IMG/VR virus record: IMGVR_UViG_3300000303_000014
Span: 1 to 63,482 of that record
Direction: 5' to 3' (one strand)
Source of the DNA: a virus
Length of the DNA: 63,482 nt
Below, in pieces: positions 1 through 9,770 of this stretch. The position numbers were made by a program, and so were the translations under genes. Every line of letters begins with the position of its first letter. The stretch's first letter is position 1. A model generated the notes under the pieces. That model did no database searches. It was not told the origin of the DNA and was given only the letters and a program-made list of their open reading frames with translations.

Positions 1-54
1 CTTGCGCCCAACGAAGATGCACGGATAACGCTCACTGATTACATGATGGCAAAG
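1..54. repeat. Terminal direct repeat, copy 1. It is identical to 63429..63482 and is most simply an assembly overlap of a circular or circularly permuted genome.
   Basis: The first 54 nt (cttgcgcccaacgaag...atgatggcaaag) recur exactly as the last 54 nt. The long + strand reading frame is continuous across the junction. Confidence 0.9.
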
Positions 55-2706
55 CACGGATTGGAGCGAAACCGGGTGATGTCTGAACGTGATGCACAAA
101 AGGATTACGAAGCCATACAAAAAGCGCACCCGCACAGCAAGAAAACCTTGCAGGATTTCATCGATGAGTACCGTCAAAAGGACTATGCAGGGCTTACCGC
201 ACTTACCGGCACGGACAACGTGGCAGACGCCGAGGCGGAGGCGCAAATACTTGTCAACGATTACGAGGCGGCACATGACACCGCCGCTTTATGGAAACGC
301 ACCAAGGACGTTAGCAATGCCATACTTTCCAAACTGTATGAAACCGGCATGATGTCAAAGGACACCTACGACAATGTGCGCTCCATGTATGAGTATTACA
401 TTCCGTTGCGCGGCTTTGATGAAAAGACAAGCGAGGAGGCATACGCCTACCTGAACAGCAAGAACAGCGCATTCAACGCCCCCATCAAGACGGCAAAGGG
501 AAGAAAATCAAAGGCAGACGATCCGTTTGCCTACTTGCAAAACATGGCCGAGAGTGCCATCATGCAAGGAAACCGCAACAAGCTGGTGAAGCAACGATTC
601 TTGAACTTTGTGCTGAATCATCCGAGCGACCTTGCCAGCGTAAGCGACCTGTGGGTGAAGTACGACAAAACGGTGGATGAATGGAAACCGGTGTTCCCGG
701 ATAATATCAACGAGGGTGACACCGCCGAAGAAGTGGAACGAAAGATGCAGGAGTTTGAGGAGCGGATGAAATTGCTTGCCGAACAAGAGCCTGATTTGTA
801 CAAGCATGGGAAAGATGCCGTTAACATCCCTTACCGTGTTGTAGAAAAACGTGATTTGCGCCAGCACCAAGTAGTGGTGAAACGTGGAGGACGTGATTAT
901 GTCATCACGATAAACGGTAATCCGAGAGTTGCACAGGCACTCAACGGACAGACCAACCCTGATAACGACATGTCGGGAGCAATTGGAGCCATACTAAGAG
1001 CCGGAGAGCGGATAAACCGTGAACTGAGTGCCTTGTACACCACACGAAACCCGGATTTCGTCGTGTCGAACTTTATCCGTGATATGTTATATTCCAACAG
1101 CATGGCATGGATAAAGGAAAGTCCGAACTACGCCTTGCGTTACCACCGTAACTTTGCGAAAGTGAACCCTGTAAGGATGAAAATGTTGTTGGCCAAATAC
1201 CGCAACGGCACTCTTGACATGAACAATGAAACGGAACGCATGTTCCACCAATTCATGATGAACGGAGGCGAAACCGGGTATGCCAACATCCGCGACATTG
1301 AGAGACACAAGAACGACATCCGGCGTGAAATCCGCAAGGCTAACGGCAGGATACCCATACGCAAAGCGTGGGATTGGCTGTCAGAGAGGTTTGACGAGTT
1401 TAACCGTGGTGTGGAAAACTGCGCCCGCTTTGCCGCCTTCGTGACTTCACGAGAAATGGGCAGGACAATAGACCGGTCCATCTACGATGCAAAGGAAATC
1501 AGCGTGAATTTCAACAAGAAAGGAAGCGGAGCAAAATTCATGGGCACGACCGGGCAGACAGGATTAGGCAACGCCAGCGCATTCCTATCAGGACTGGGCA
1601 GAAGCGGTTTCGTTTTTTGGAATGCTGCCATACAAGGTACGGCCAACTTCGGACGGCAAGCCAAACGGCATCCGGCCAAGGCATTGACGGGATTGGCCGT
1701 CATGTTCCTGCTTGGCGCGGTTGTAGCTTCTCTCGGATATGGCGACGATGACGAAGATGACAAGAACAGCTATTGGAACCTTCCCGAATATGTGCGCAGG
1801 AGCAACCTGTTGTTCCGTGTCGGAGACCAATGGATAAGCATTCCGCTTCCTGTTGAATACCGTGCGATATACGGACTTGGCGAGTTGATGACCAGTACGC
1901 TCAGCGGAAAAGAGCACTTCACCGATGCAGAAATCGCCAACAAGATAGCCGGACAGATAAGCCAATTGTTACCACTTGACATTTTGGAGGGAGGCGGAGG
2001 ATTCAAGGCACTTATCCCAAGTTCTGTAAAGCCGTTTGCCGAAGCATACGGATATAAGAAAAGCTGGACCGGCCTACCCTTGTATAAAGACACACCTTAT
2101 AATAAGGAAATGCCCGAATGGACGAAAGCCTATAAGAGTGCAAACAAATACCTCGTTGACTTGTCCGAGGCACTCAATGAAGTTTCAGGTGGCGACAAAT
2201 ATACGAAAGGCGCGATTGATATCAATCCTGCAAAGGTGGAATATGTTTTGACCGGCTATTTCGGAGGTGTGGCCAATACGATAGACCGGCTTACCAAGAT
2301 GGGCGAAACCATGATAGGCCAGCGCGAGTATGAGCCACGCAGTTTCCTGATACTGAACCGCATTCTGAAAAACGGTGACGAGCGTACGGAATACAAGGCC
2401 GTCAACAATGAGTATTTCCGATTGAAAGAGGAACACGACAAGTTGAGGACACGGCTTAGGAATTACGAGCGTGACACAGATAACGGCGTGTTTGATTATG
2501 CAGAGAAGATAGACTACCTCTATAACTCGCCTGAATACAGAAGATATGAAATATTCGAGAATTACCGTCCTGACATTGATGACTTGTATAACTTACTTAA
2601 AGAAGCCAATTCCAACGGTGACAAGGAAGCGGTGAAGGACATCGAAGCCCAGTTGAACGAAGTCAAGAAGATGATGATAAAAGACATGAACGATACCCGT
2701 AAATAG
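1..2706 (+). CDS. C-terminal 901 codons of the giant polyvalent virion-associated protein. This is the continuation of the ORF that starts at 49305.
   Basis: The frame is open from position 1 (codon ctt) to TAG at 2704..2706 and is in phase with the frame running off the window end. It contains a hydrophobic segment ALTGLAVMFLLGAVVASLGYG followed by an acidic DDDEDD run. It lies directly upstream of the portal gene. Confidence 0.85.
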   Translation, partial: LAPNEDARITLTDYMMAKHGLERNRVMSERDAQKDYEAIQKAHPHSKKTLQDFIDEYRQKDYAGLTALTGTDNVADAEAEAQILVNDYEAAHDTAALWKRTKDVSNAILSKLYETGMMSKDTYDNVRSMYEYYIPLRGFDEKTSEEAYAYLNSKNSAFNAPIKTAKGRKSKADDPFAYLQNMAESAIMQGNRNKLVKQRFLNFVLNHPSDLASVSDLWVKYDKTVDEWKPVFPDNINEGDTAEEVERKMQEFEERMKLLAEQEPDLYKHGKDAVNIPYRVVEKRDLRQHQVVVKRGGRDYVITINGNPRVAQALNGQTNPDNDMSGAIGAILRAGERINRELSALYTTRNPDFVVSNFIRDMLYSNSMAWIKESPNYALRYHRNFAKVNPVRMKMLLAKYRNGTLDMNNETERMFHQFMMNGGETGYANIRDIERHKNDIRREIRKANGRIPIRKAWDWLSERFDEFNRGVENCARFAAFVTSREMGRTIDRSIYDAKEISVNFNKKGSGAKFMGTTGQTGLGNASAFLSGLGRSGFVFWNAAIQGTANFGRQAKRHPAKALTGLAVMFLLGAVVASLGYGDDDEDDKNSYWNLPEYVRRSNLLFRVGDQWISIPLPVEYRAIYGLGELMTSTLSGKEHFTDAEIANKIAGQISQLLPLDILEGGGGFKALIPSSVKPFAEAYGYKKSWTGLPLYKDTPYNKEMPEWTKAYKSANKYLVDLSEALNEVSGGDKYTKGAIDINPAKVEYVLTGYFGGVANTIDRLTKMGETMIGQREYEPRSFLILNRILKNGDERTEYKAVNNEYFRLKEEHDKLRTRLRNYERDTDNGVFDYAEKIDYLYNSPEYRRYEIFENYRPDIDDLYNLLKEANSNGDKEAVKDIEAQLNEVKKMMIKDMNDTRK

Positions 2707-2787
2707 TTAAACAGCCCTTGATACTTGGAATGGCTACTTTTGCATCAGGCGAGAGCCACTTCCAAGCATCATAAAAAACGAAACGAT

Positions 2788-4761
2788 ATGCAGCATACGA
2801 ATAAGAATACAAGACTGTTCCCGATGAGCCGCATCATGCCGAAACGCGGCGATACGGAGATAGACACCGTGGCGTTCTCGGAAAAGCATTTCGGCGACCG
2901 CCGGGCGTTTGACGTGCTGATGGAAGCGCAGCATTACTGGAACCAAATGGACGATTTCCGTCATGACCGGGAGCGCAACAAGCGGTACACCTACGGCAAG
3001 CAGTGGGATGACGTGATATGCGTGGACGGCAAGAGCATGACGGAGGAGGACTATATCAAGACGCAGGGAAGCGTGCCGTTGAAAAACAATCTCATACGCC
3101 GCCTTGTCCGTAATGTCCTCGGCGTTTACCGCAGCCAAATGAAAGAACCTACTTGTACCGCCCGTGACCGTGACGAACAGAAGTTAGGCGAAACGATGAG
3201 CACCATACTGCAATGCAACATGCAACTCAACCGCATGAACGAGGTAAACGCCCGAAGCATGGAGGAGTTCCTGATTTCAGGTTTCATCGTACACCGGAAA
3301 AGCTACGGTTGGCGTAACAATAAGGAAGATTGCTGGACGGACTATGTGCAACCCAACAATTTTTTCATTGACAACAATATGCGCGATTTCCGAGGATGGG
3401 ACGTCACTTGTCTTGGCGAAGTGCATGACATCAGTTTCGGGCAGTTGTGCGAACAGTTCGCCCATACGCCACAAGACTACCGCAGATTGAAGGACATATA
3501 CAAATGGGCCGCACGAAGAGAGTACATCGCCAGTTATGCCGAACGGTTCGGCTACAGCCGCTTGGAAAACTACGATTTCCTGCTGACCAACGAGCCGGGA
3601 AGATGCAGGGTGATAGAAGTGTGGCGAAAGGAGCAGAAGCCCCGTTACCGTTGCCATGACTACCAAAACGGCGACATCTTCAAGATAGACATTGAAGACT
3701 ACGAGACGGAAGTCGGGCAAGTGAACCGCGAGCGTATGCAGATGGCCAAGTCCGCAGGAATGCCCGATGAGGAAGTTCCGCTGATAAAAGCCACATGGTT
3801 TGTGGATGACTACTGGTACTTCTACTACCTCTCTCCGTTCGGCGACATCCTGAAAGAAGGTGAAACGCCATACGAGCATGGAAGCCACCCCTACGTGTTC
3901 AAGGCGTATCCGTTCATTGACGGCGAGATACATTCGTTCGTATCAGACGTAATAGACCAACAGCGGTACACCAACCGGCTGATTACGCTATACGACTGGA
4001 TTATGCGGGCATCGGCCAAAGGCGTGTTGCTGATGCCTGAAGACTGCCTTCCCGACGGTGTGAGCATGGATGACATAGCCGACGAGTGGGCCCGATTCAA
4101 CGGCATTATTGTGTACAAGCCCTCGACGAGCCGTCAGGTTCCGCAGCAGGTGGCCAATAACTCCACGAACATCGGCATTTCGGAGTTGCTGAACCTGCAA
4201 CTGAAATTCTTCGAGGACATCAGCGGAGTGAACGGCGCACTGCAAGGGAAACCCGGTTTCTCCGGTCAAAGCGCGGCCATGTACAACCAACAGGTGCAGA
4301 ACTCGACAATGGCCTTGCTTGACATGTTAGAGTGTTACAGCCAGTTTACGATAGACGGTGCTTATAAGGACGTGAAGAACATGCAGCAGTTCTACGACAC
4401 CAAGCGAGTGTTCAACATCGCAGGCAAGAGCGGCGCACAGATTGAATACGACCCGAAGAAGATACGCGACGTGGAATTTGACCTTTCCATCACCGAAAGT
4501 ACTTCGACACCTGCTTACCGCCAGCTTGCCAACGACATATTGATGCAGCTGTTCCAGTCACAGGCTATCAATGTGGAGCAACTGTTGGAATTCGGCGATT
4601 TTCCGTTTGCGGACGAACTGTTGCAGAGCATCAAGGCGCAACGTGAACAAATAGAACGTGGCGGCACACCCGACGGCATATCGCCCCAGCTGATGCAACA
4701 GGCGCAGCAAGGCGCAAATATGGATGCCGTGAACAGGCTGCACAACGCTATGGTAGCATAA
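2788..4761 (+). CDS. Portal protein (probable)
   Basis: A 657-aa ORF counted from ATG 2788; the listed 2725 start is TTG. Its size and its position next to the giant head-associated protein and near terL fit a portal. The call rests on position and size only, with no diagnostic motif. Confidence 0.6.
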   Translation: MQHTNKNTRLFPMSRIMPKRGDTEIDTVAFSEKHFGDRRAFDVLMEAQHYWNQMDDFRHDRERNKRYTYGKQWDDVICVDGKSMTEEDYIKTQGSVPLKNNLIRRLVRNVLGVYRSQMKEPTCTARDRDEQKLGETMSTILQCNMQLNRMNEVNARSMEEFLISGFIVHRKSYGWRNNKEDCWTDYVQPNNFFIDNNMRDFRGWDVTCLGEVHDISFGQLCEQFAHTPQDYRRLKDIYKWAARREYIASYAERFGYSRLENYDFLLTNEPGRCRVIEVWRKEQKPRYRCHDYQNGDIFKIDIEDYETEVGQVNRERMQMAKSAGMPDEEVPLIKATWFVDDYWYFYYLSPFGDILKEGETPYEHGSHPYVFKAYPFIDGEIHSFVSDVIDQQRYTNRLITLYDWIMRASAKGVLLMPEDCLPDGVSMDDIADEWARFNGIIVYKPSTSRQVPQQVANNSTNIGISELLNLQLKFFEDISGVNGALQGKPGFSGQSAAMYNQQVQNSTMALLDMLECYSQFTIDGAYKDVKNMQQFYDTKRVFNIAGKSGAQIEYDPKKIRDVEFDLSITESTSTPAYRQLANDILMQLFQSQAINVEQLLEFGDFPFADELLQSIKAQREQIERGGTPDGISPQLMQQAQQGANMDAVNRLHNAMVA

Positions 4762-4787
4762 ATGACTAACAATAAACAAATAACGAT

Positions 4788-5252
4788 ATGGAGAAAAAGA
4801 CCATTTGTATTGATTTTGATGGAGTTATCCATGATTACAGCAACGGATTTCAGGGAGAGGACGTGTTTGGCGGCATGATTCCAAACGCCAACATCGGCAC
4901 ATCCGTCTTGAAAGAAAAAGGTTGGACTATCATTATTTTCACCACCCGGAAGAAAACAGAGAAGCTGAAAAAATGGCTGGAGGACAACAAAATCGCCTAC
5001 GACTACATCAATGAAAACCCCGAACAGCCGGAAAGAACGAGCGGCAAGGTGATTGCCGACGTGTATCTTGATGACCGTGGAATCTGTTTCAACGGACGCT
5101 GGGACCAATGGCTCATCCGTGAGATTGCGGACTTTGAGCCGTGGCAGAAACGCCAGCAAAAGGAAATGGAGCAATTATCCAATTTCCGGGAGCCGGAAGA
5201 CAGCATTTGGGATAGAGGCTGTGAGCGGAGGATTAAAGCCAGCTCCTTGTAA
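4788..5252 (+). CDS. HAD-superfamily phosphatase or nucleotidase-like protein
   Basis: The N-terminal ICIDFDGVIHDY matches the HAD motif I DxDGV. A later VYLDDRG matches the acidic motif IV. Confidence 0.6.
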   Translation: MEKKTICIDFDGVIHDYSNGFQGEDVFGGMIPNANIGTSVLKEKGWTIIIFTTRKKTEKLKKWLEDNKIAYDYINENPEQPERTSGKVIADVYLDDRGICFNGRWDQWLIREIADFEPWQKRQQKEMEQLSNFREPEDSIWDRGCERRIKASSL

Positions 5253-5255
5253 GCG

Positions 5256-5293
5256 AAAGGCGGACAGCACCATTATGGGATGCGTCCGCCTTT
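5256..5293. terminator. Hairpin between convergent genes, a candidate bidirectional terminator
   Basis: A 10-bp perfect stem, aaaggcggac (5256..5265) paired with gtccgccttt (5284..5293), flanked by short T/A runs. Confidence 0.45.
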
Positions 5294-5422
5294 ACTGCAA
5301 TCTGTAATCAGTTACGATTCTTTGTACGTTTCTTGTTCGTTGTTTGTTGCTTGCCTACACCGGCCACCTGATACGTGGCAATAGGGTCATTCGTTAAAGT
5401 CCGTATGCCCTCCAAGTTCTGT

Positions 5423-5779
5423 TTACCCTTTGCCGTGTACTTCATTTCTTTTGGATTTCTTGATGCAAGCGTTGTACCAATCAAAATATTGTCGGCGTTT
5501 GACACTCTCTATTTCGGGAGATATTGCGCACGAGCCGTTGCGGTAAGGCGTGAAATAGAAACATTCCCGTTCGATGTCGGCGACATACGCCTTGCGCATT
5601 ATATACCCTTTCTGTTTTAGTTTGCGGAAATTGAACCTATCCATGATGATGAGTTTGCAACCGTCCGCCGATGCTGGCATGACATAATAGCGTTCGCCTG
5701 TTTGCTGATGTGCCTCGTCAGCCTTTCTCACTGCCTCCCGTAAACGGAGGGATGCTTTTAACTTTTGAAAGATGTGCAT
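5423..5779 (-). CDS. Hypothetical protein
   Basis: A 118-aa ORF with an ATG start, last gene of the leftward packaging operon. No motif recognised. Confidence 0.55.
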   Translation of the reverse strand: MHIFQKLKASLRLREAVRKADEAHQQTGERYYVMPASADGCKLIIMDRFNFRKLKQKGYIMRKAYVADIERECFYFTPYRNGSCAISPEIESVKRRQYFDWYNACIKKSKRNEVHGKG

Positions 5780-5799
5780 AATGTTAAAGTATTAAATGT

Positions 5800-7896
5800 T
5801 TATATTGTTGCGGCTGAAACCGCTTTTTTCTTCCTTGCCCTCGTTGATAACCTATTCCGCATGATGAACTTGGGAAGTTCCATTTCATAGAAACAGACGT
5901 GCAGCCCGATAGCCCGTGTCATGAGCAAGTCATCGTGCTTGCCGACCACCGCGCCGAAAGACCCATTCGGTTTCTTTTCGTAAACAAGATACTCGTCAAG
6001 GCAACGCCGGTCACGCTCGATGTAGGCATTCTCACGGATTACCTTCACGAGCGTGGAAATGACCATCGGCTTGGTGGCCACATTCGTGTGGAAGCCGTAT
6101 TTTGTGGGCAGACCGGCCAAAATGTCCTCCTCAGACTGCTTACGTGCGTAGAGATTCGGATAAACGTTCTTAATCTGATTGAGTATGAACTGCGACTGGT
6201 CACCGTCCACGTCACGCTCCTTGTCGTGTGTTTCAAGTGTATTGCTCTCAATGACCAGCAATGAATTGTCGTAAAAAGCCGCTATCTGTGCCGCCTTCCA
6301 CGCCAGCAAGTCAATGTCGCAGTGGCCGTACCACTGGGCCACAACTACCGGTTTGCCGCCGTCGGCCATGAAAAGGCGGTCGAAAACGACGATTACCGAC
6401 CAGTCCGCCTTGTTGGAACGACCGCCCACATCGACTACCGTCAGGTAACGGTTGAGCACCTTTTCCGCCTCGTCCACCTCCGGAAGTTCCCATACCCAAA
6501 GCATCCCCTGCTTGTCCTCGGAGAAGCGCAGGTTCTTCAACGCATTCTTTCCCTCGTCGGCATCGGCATAGACGTCGCCCACGTAGCGAGGCTCTTTGCA
6601 ACACTTGTCGAAGTCCTCCACCTTGTATTTGTCGAACACCATCGTGCCGGAATGAACAAACGCCTCAATATCGTCTGACGGATATTCGGAAGCCATGGAT
6701 GCATGGTCGTTGTATTTGGCACGTTCAAGAACGTACCAATTGATGGCTTCGAGCGTAGCCCCTTTCTCCCACAACGCCCACAGATAGCGTCCGCTCTCCT
6801 CGCGGGCAGACGATACATTAGCATTCTCCCTATTGTCATACAGGTTGGCTGCAAAGGCTTTTATGTCAACTATCGGCTGTGAGTATTTCTCAATGTCGAA
6901 CCACGACACGAACATCGCCTCAAACTGCGAGTCGCCTTTTTTAGCCGCATCGTATTCACGCTGGAAGAAATTACCTGTGCCGTTGGCCGTACTTTCATAA
7001 ACAATCATCGTGTAAGGCCGGTAGAGGACACCCGAACAGGCGGAACGCACGATGTCCTCCGGCTTCTTGCCCTCCGTGGCTTTCCACAAGCCCACTTCGG
7101 AAAGATGCACAAGGCTGTAGTCACCGCCACGGCAACCGTCCGGCCGTTCCGCCGTGCCAATCTTTATCTTGCAGTTGCGTTGCGGCACACGGTAGATGCT
7201 GCCCGACTTGCCCACGCCCACCAGTTTCGGCTCATTTTCCTTGTAGGCTTCTCCCAGACGGTGGAGCATTTCGACAGGATATGCCTTGATCATGCGGTCG
7301 AACATATCCTTTATTTCGTCAGACCCCGTACCCTGATGTGCGATGATGAGCGAGTTAAGACCCACTTTGTGGATGAGTTGCAGCCACGCCATATAGAGCT
7401 GCGAGGTGGTGGAGCCGCCCCACTGGCGAGCCTTAAGCAAGACTATGCGTATGGGCTTCTCCGCCTTGCGTAATCTTTCGAGCCGTGCGACAAACCTACG
7501 CTGCGGACGTGTCAGCCGGAAAAGCACATCTTCGCCGCCGTCCTTATTCTTGATGTAAACCTGCGTGGCCGCCCAAAACGGAAAATCGTAACGGAAGCGC
7601 AATCGGACAAACTGCTCGATGACTTTCAGGCGATCTGCTTCGTTGTATTCAACCTCCATGCAATCCGTCAGGAACGCACGAACAGAGCCGCACTTGACAA
7701 GCTGCGCCACGAGAGGCACTTTCATCATTTCGACCGGCACCCATTGCATTTGAATGGGAAAATCGTCGATTACGATTTTCTTCCGCTCCCCCACCGAGCC
7801 ATATCCGGTAACAGGGTCGAACTTGGCGTAGATTTCCGCATTGCGCCGTTCGTTTTCTTTGATAATCTCCTTTATGGCCTTTTCCCTTACCGTCAT
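5800..7896 (-). CDS. terL: Terminase large subunit
   Basis: The ATG at 7896..7894 overlaps the TGA of the upstream gene in an ATGA arrangement. It carries the ATPase P-loop-like LLKARQWGGSTTSQ. The size is about 698 aa, with an acidic nuclease-like C-terminal half (VVDVGGRSNKADWSV). Confidence 0.8.
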   Translation of the reverse strand: MTVREKAIKEIIKENERRNAEIYAKFDPVTGYGSVGERKKIVIDDFPIQMQWVPVEMMKVPLVAQLVKCGSVRAFLTDCMEVEYNEADRLKVIEQFVRLRFRYDFPFWAATQVYIKNKDGGEDVLFRLTRPQRRFVARLERLRKAEKPIRIVLLKARQWGGSTTSQLYMAWLQLIHKVGLNSLIIAHQGTGSDEIKDMFDRMIKAYPVEMLHRLGEAYKENEPKLVGVGKSGSIYRVPQRNCKIKIGTAERPDGCRGGDYSLVHLSEVGLWKATEGKKPEDIVRSACSGVLYRPYTMIVYESTANGTGNFFQREYDAAKKGDSQFEAMFVSWFDIEKYSQPIVDIKAFAANLYDNRENANVSSAREESGRYLWALWEKGATLEAINWYVLERAKYNDHASMASEYPSDDIEAFVHSGTMVFDKYKVEDFDKCCKEPRYVGDVYADADEGKNALKNLRFSEDKQGMLWVWELPEVDEAEKVLNRYLTVVDVGGRSNKADWSVIVVFDRLFMADGGKPVVVAQWYGHCDIDLLAWKAAQIAAFYDNSLLVIESNTLETHDKERDVDGDQSQFILNQIKNVYPNLYARKQSEEDILAGLPTKYGFHTNVATKPMVISTLVKVIRENAYIERDRRCLDEYLVYEKKPNGSFGAVVGKHDDLLMTRAIGLHVCFYEMELPKFIMRNRLSTRARKKKAVSAATI

Positions 7897-8402
7897 CGCT
7901 TTATGTGTATTGGTTTGTTGAGCAAGGCGACCACGAAGCCGCAGAGATAACAGTACAGGTGCAACCAAGCATTGGTATTGGGCATGAAAAATCCGATGCC
8001 GATGTAGAAGAGCATCCAGCACTGGTAATACCGCTTACGCAGCACCTCGAACGAGATAGAGCCGAACAGCACGTACACCACACCCGAAAGTCCGACCGTA
8101 GGATTGTCAAAAGGCAGGAATCCCCCCAACGTATCAACAGGCACGGTCACGGCTAATAGATAAGCCACGAGCATACGCCTGAAAGAAACATCGTAGGAAA
8201 ACACCACGGAGAGCAAGCACCAAGCATTGAGTGAGGCATGGAAAACGCCCGAATGGAAGAATGGGTATAAAAACCTTCCGGCCAAAGGGCAATGCGCATA
8301 GATGCCGACCGAATGCCAGCCGGCAATGTGGAAGAACGACAAGACCGTCACCAACAGCGCAATTACAACAGCCGAAGCCTTTTCAACTTTTCCTGCACCC
8401 AT
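7893..8402 (-). CDS. Rhomboid-family intramembrane serine protease (minimal six-TM core)
   Basis: FFHSGVFHASLNAW matches the Hx4Hx3N motif. VGLSGVVYVLFG matches the GxSG catalytic Ser motif and resembles GlpG GGLSGVVYAL. NAWLHLYCYLCGFVVA supplies the catalytic His in the last TM. The protein is hydrophobic throughout. Confidence 0.85.
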   Translation of the reverse strand: MGAGKVEKASAVVIALLVTVLSFFHIAGWHSVGIYAHCPLAGRFLYPFFHSGVFHASLNAWCLLSVVFSYDVSFRRMLVAYLLAVTVPVDTLGGFLPFDNPTVGLSGVVYVLFGSISFEVLRKRYYQCWMLFYIGIGFFMPNTNAWLHLYCYLCGFVVALLNKPIHIKR

Positions 8403-8794
8403 TTCTTACGAGCCTTACAAACCATGATTTTCGCACTTCCCGGAGTGAGATAGAATTTAGGCGCGGGCTGTGCCACGACGATGCTGCAACACGTCCTGAT
8501 TGTGAGTTCAGGCCGTTTCTTCCGCAAGGCCAACACACGCCTTAAAATTTCCTCGAACATTTCACGTTTCAAAGGGCGCATATCTTTCAGTGGCACACCT
8601 CGCAACATGGCGTATATAACCTTAGTTGCCCGTATGTCACTCACCCAAAAACGCTGGGATTGCATATTGACGATAGCGGCATACACATCGGGCATACGGA
8701 TGTAAGCGCAGGACGAAATGTATTCGTCATACGCCCGCATAAGGTCTTGCATACGCTCCTCGGCGTATTCCATCATCGCTCCGTGGTGCTTCAT
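8363..8794 (-). CDS. Hypothetical protein, first gene of the packaging operon. A terminase small subunit role is possible on position only.
   Basis: A 143-aa ORF with an ATG start that overlaps the rhomboid gene by 40 nt. No motif recognised. Confidence 0.55.
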   Translation of the reverse strand: MKHHGAMMEYAEERMQDLMRAYDEYISSCAYIRMPDVYAAIVNMQSQRFWVSDIRATKVIYAMLRGVPLKDMRPLKREMFEEILRRVLALRKKRPELTIRTCCSIVVAQPAPKFYLTPGSAKIMVCKARKKWVQEKLKRLRLL

Positions 8795-8814
8795 AATACA
8801 GTTTATCTATGTTT

Positions 8815-8822
8815 CAAAATTA
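8815..8822 (-). promoter_or_regulatory. Candidate Bacteroidetes -7 promoter box (TAATTTTG on the - strand) for the packaging operon
   Basis: It matches the TAnnTTTG consensus about 20 nt upstream of the ATG at 8794. Confidence 0.35.
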
Positions 8823-8869
8823 GCGATTGGAGCGTAAAAAGTTATACCTCGCCAATTGGTTTGTTAGCC

Positions 8870-8877
8870 TAAATTTG
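8870..8877 (+). promoter_or_regulatory. Candidate Bacteroidetes -7 promoter box (TAAATTTG) for the head and tail operon
   Basis: It matches TAnnTTTG about 38 nt upstream of the ATG at 8916. No convincing -33 TTTG was seen. Confidence 0.35.
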
Positions 8878-8915
8878 CAATGTGACAAATCGCAAAACAA
8901 TTAAAAATCAAGAAT

Positions 8916-9704
8916 ATGCCTGATAAGACAACAGTTAAGAGCAACCGCGAACAATATGCGGAACGGTTGAAGGCCAAATATCCCGACCGTGAATTTGCCG
9001 ACGATGAAGCATTATGGGGGCAAGCCAATGAAGATTACGACGGTTACGACAAGGAACTGGCCGGATATAAGGAACGCGAGAAAGCGTTTTCCGACCTGTT
9101 TACGAGCGACCCCCGGAGTGCCGCTTTTCTGACGAACTGGCGCAAAGGCGGCAATCCTGCCGTTGAACTTGTGCGCATGTTCGGCGACGATTTCGTGGAG
9201 GAGCTGAAAGACCCGGCAAAGCAGGAAGAACTGGCCAAGGCCAGCAAAGACTATGCGGAGCGCGTAGCCAAGGAAAAAGAGTTCGACGAGCTGTATCAAA
9301 AGAACATATCCGAAACGCTGAACACCCTTGAAACCATGCAGCAGGAAGACGGTGTGAGCGATGACGAGATAGACCGTGCCATGGAGTTCCTCGTAGGCAT
9401 CGTAAAGGACGGCATTGTGGGAAAGTTTTCTCCTGAAAGCATACAAATGGCATTCCGTGCCATCAACCATGATTCGGACGTGGCCGTAGCCGCAAGAGAG
9501 GGCGAGTTGAAAGGGCGCAACACCCGTATTGAAGAAAAACTGCGCAAGAAGCAACGCAGCGACGGCACCGCCAACCTTGACGGAAAGAACGGAGGCGGCG
9601 GAAAGGCAAGGGATATGCCCGACTTGGGCGCATTGAACCGTTACGATGACGGAGGGCAGACCATTTGGGAGCGCGGAGGAGAAAAGCGCAGACCGGCACG
9701 GTAA
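8916..9704 (+). CDS. Scaffolding-like protein
   Basis: A 262-aa, highly charged and helical protein (E/K/D-rich) immediately upstream of the capsid gene. Confidence 0.45.
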   Translation: MPDKTTVKSNREQYAERLKAKYPDREFADDEALWGQANEDYDGYDKELAGYKEREKAFSDLFTSDPRSAAFLTNWRKGGNPAVELVRMFGDDFVEELKDPAKQEELAKASKDYAERVAKEKEFDELYQKNISETLNTLETMQQEDGVSDDEIDRAMEFLVGIVKDGIVGKFSPESIQMAFRAINHDSDVAVAAREGELKGRNTRIEEKLRKKQRSDGTANLDGKNGGGGKARDMPDLGALNRYDDGGQTIWERGGEKRRPAR

Positions 9705-9739
9705 GTTAAGAATTAAAAGTTAAGAGTGAAGAATGAAGA
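9705..9739 (+). repeat. Five tandem heptamers (gttaaga attaaaa gttaaga gtgaaga atgaaga) starting right after the stop codon
   Basis: Read directly from the sequence. The same element follows the TAA stops at 23797 and 24340. Confidence 0.7.
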
Positions 9740-9770
9740 ATTTATAAACAACAATTAAAACCCCAAAAAG

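Noticed and set aside
2725-2787. The longer TTG-initiated N-terminus listed for the portal ORF, and similar TTG/GTG extensions at 8022, 19749, 28802, 31259, 36379, 41729 and 43529.
   Set aside because: In each case an ATG slightly downstream removes an overlap or junk-looking residues and fits the A-rich upstream context. For terL the ATG forms an ATGA overlap with the preceding stop. The extended forms cannot be strictly excluded.
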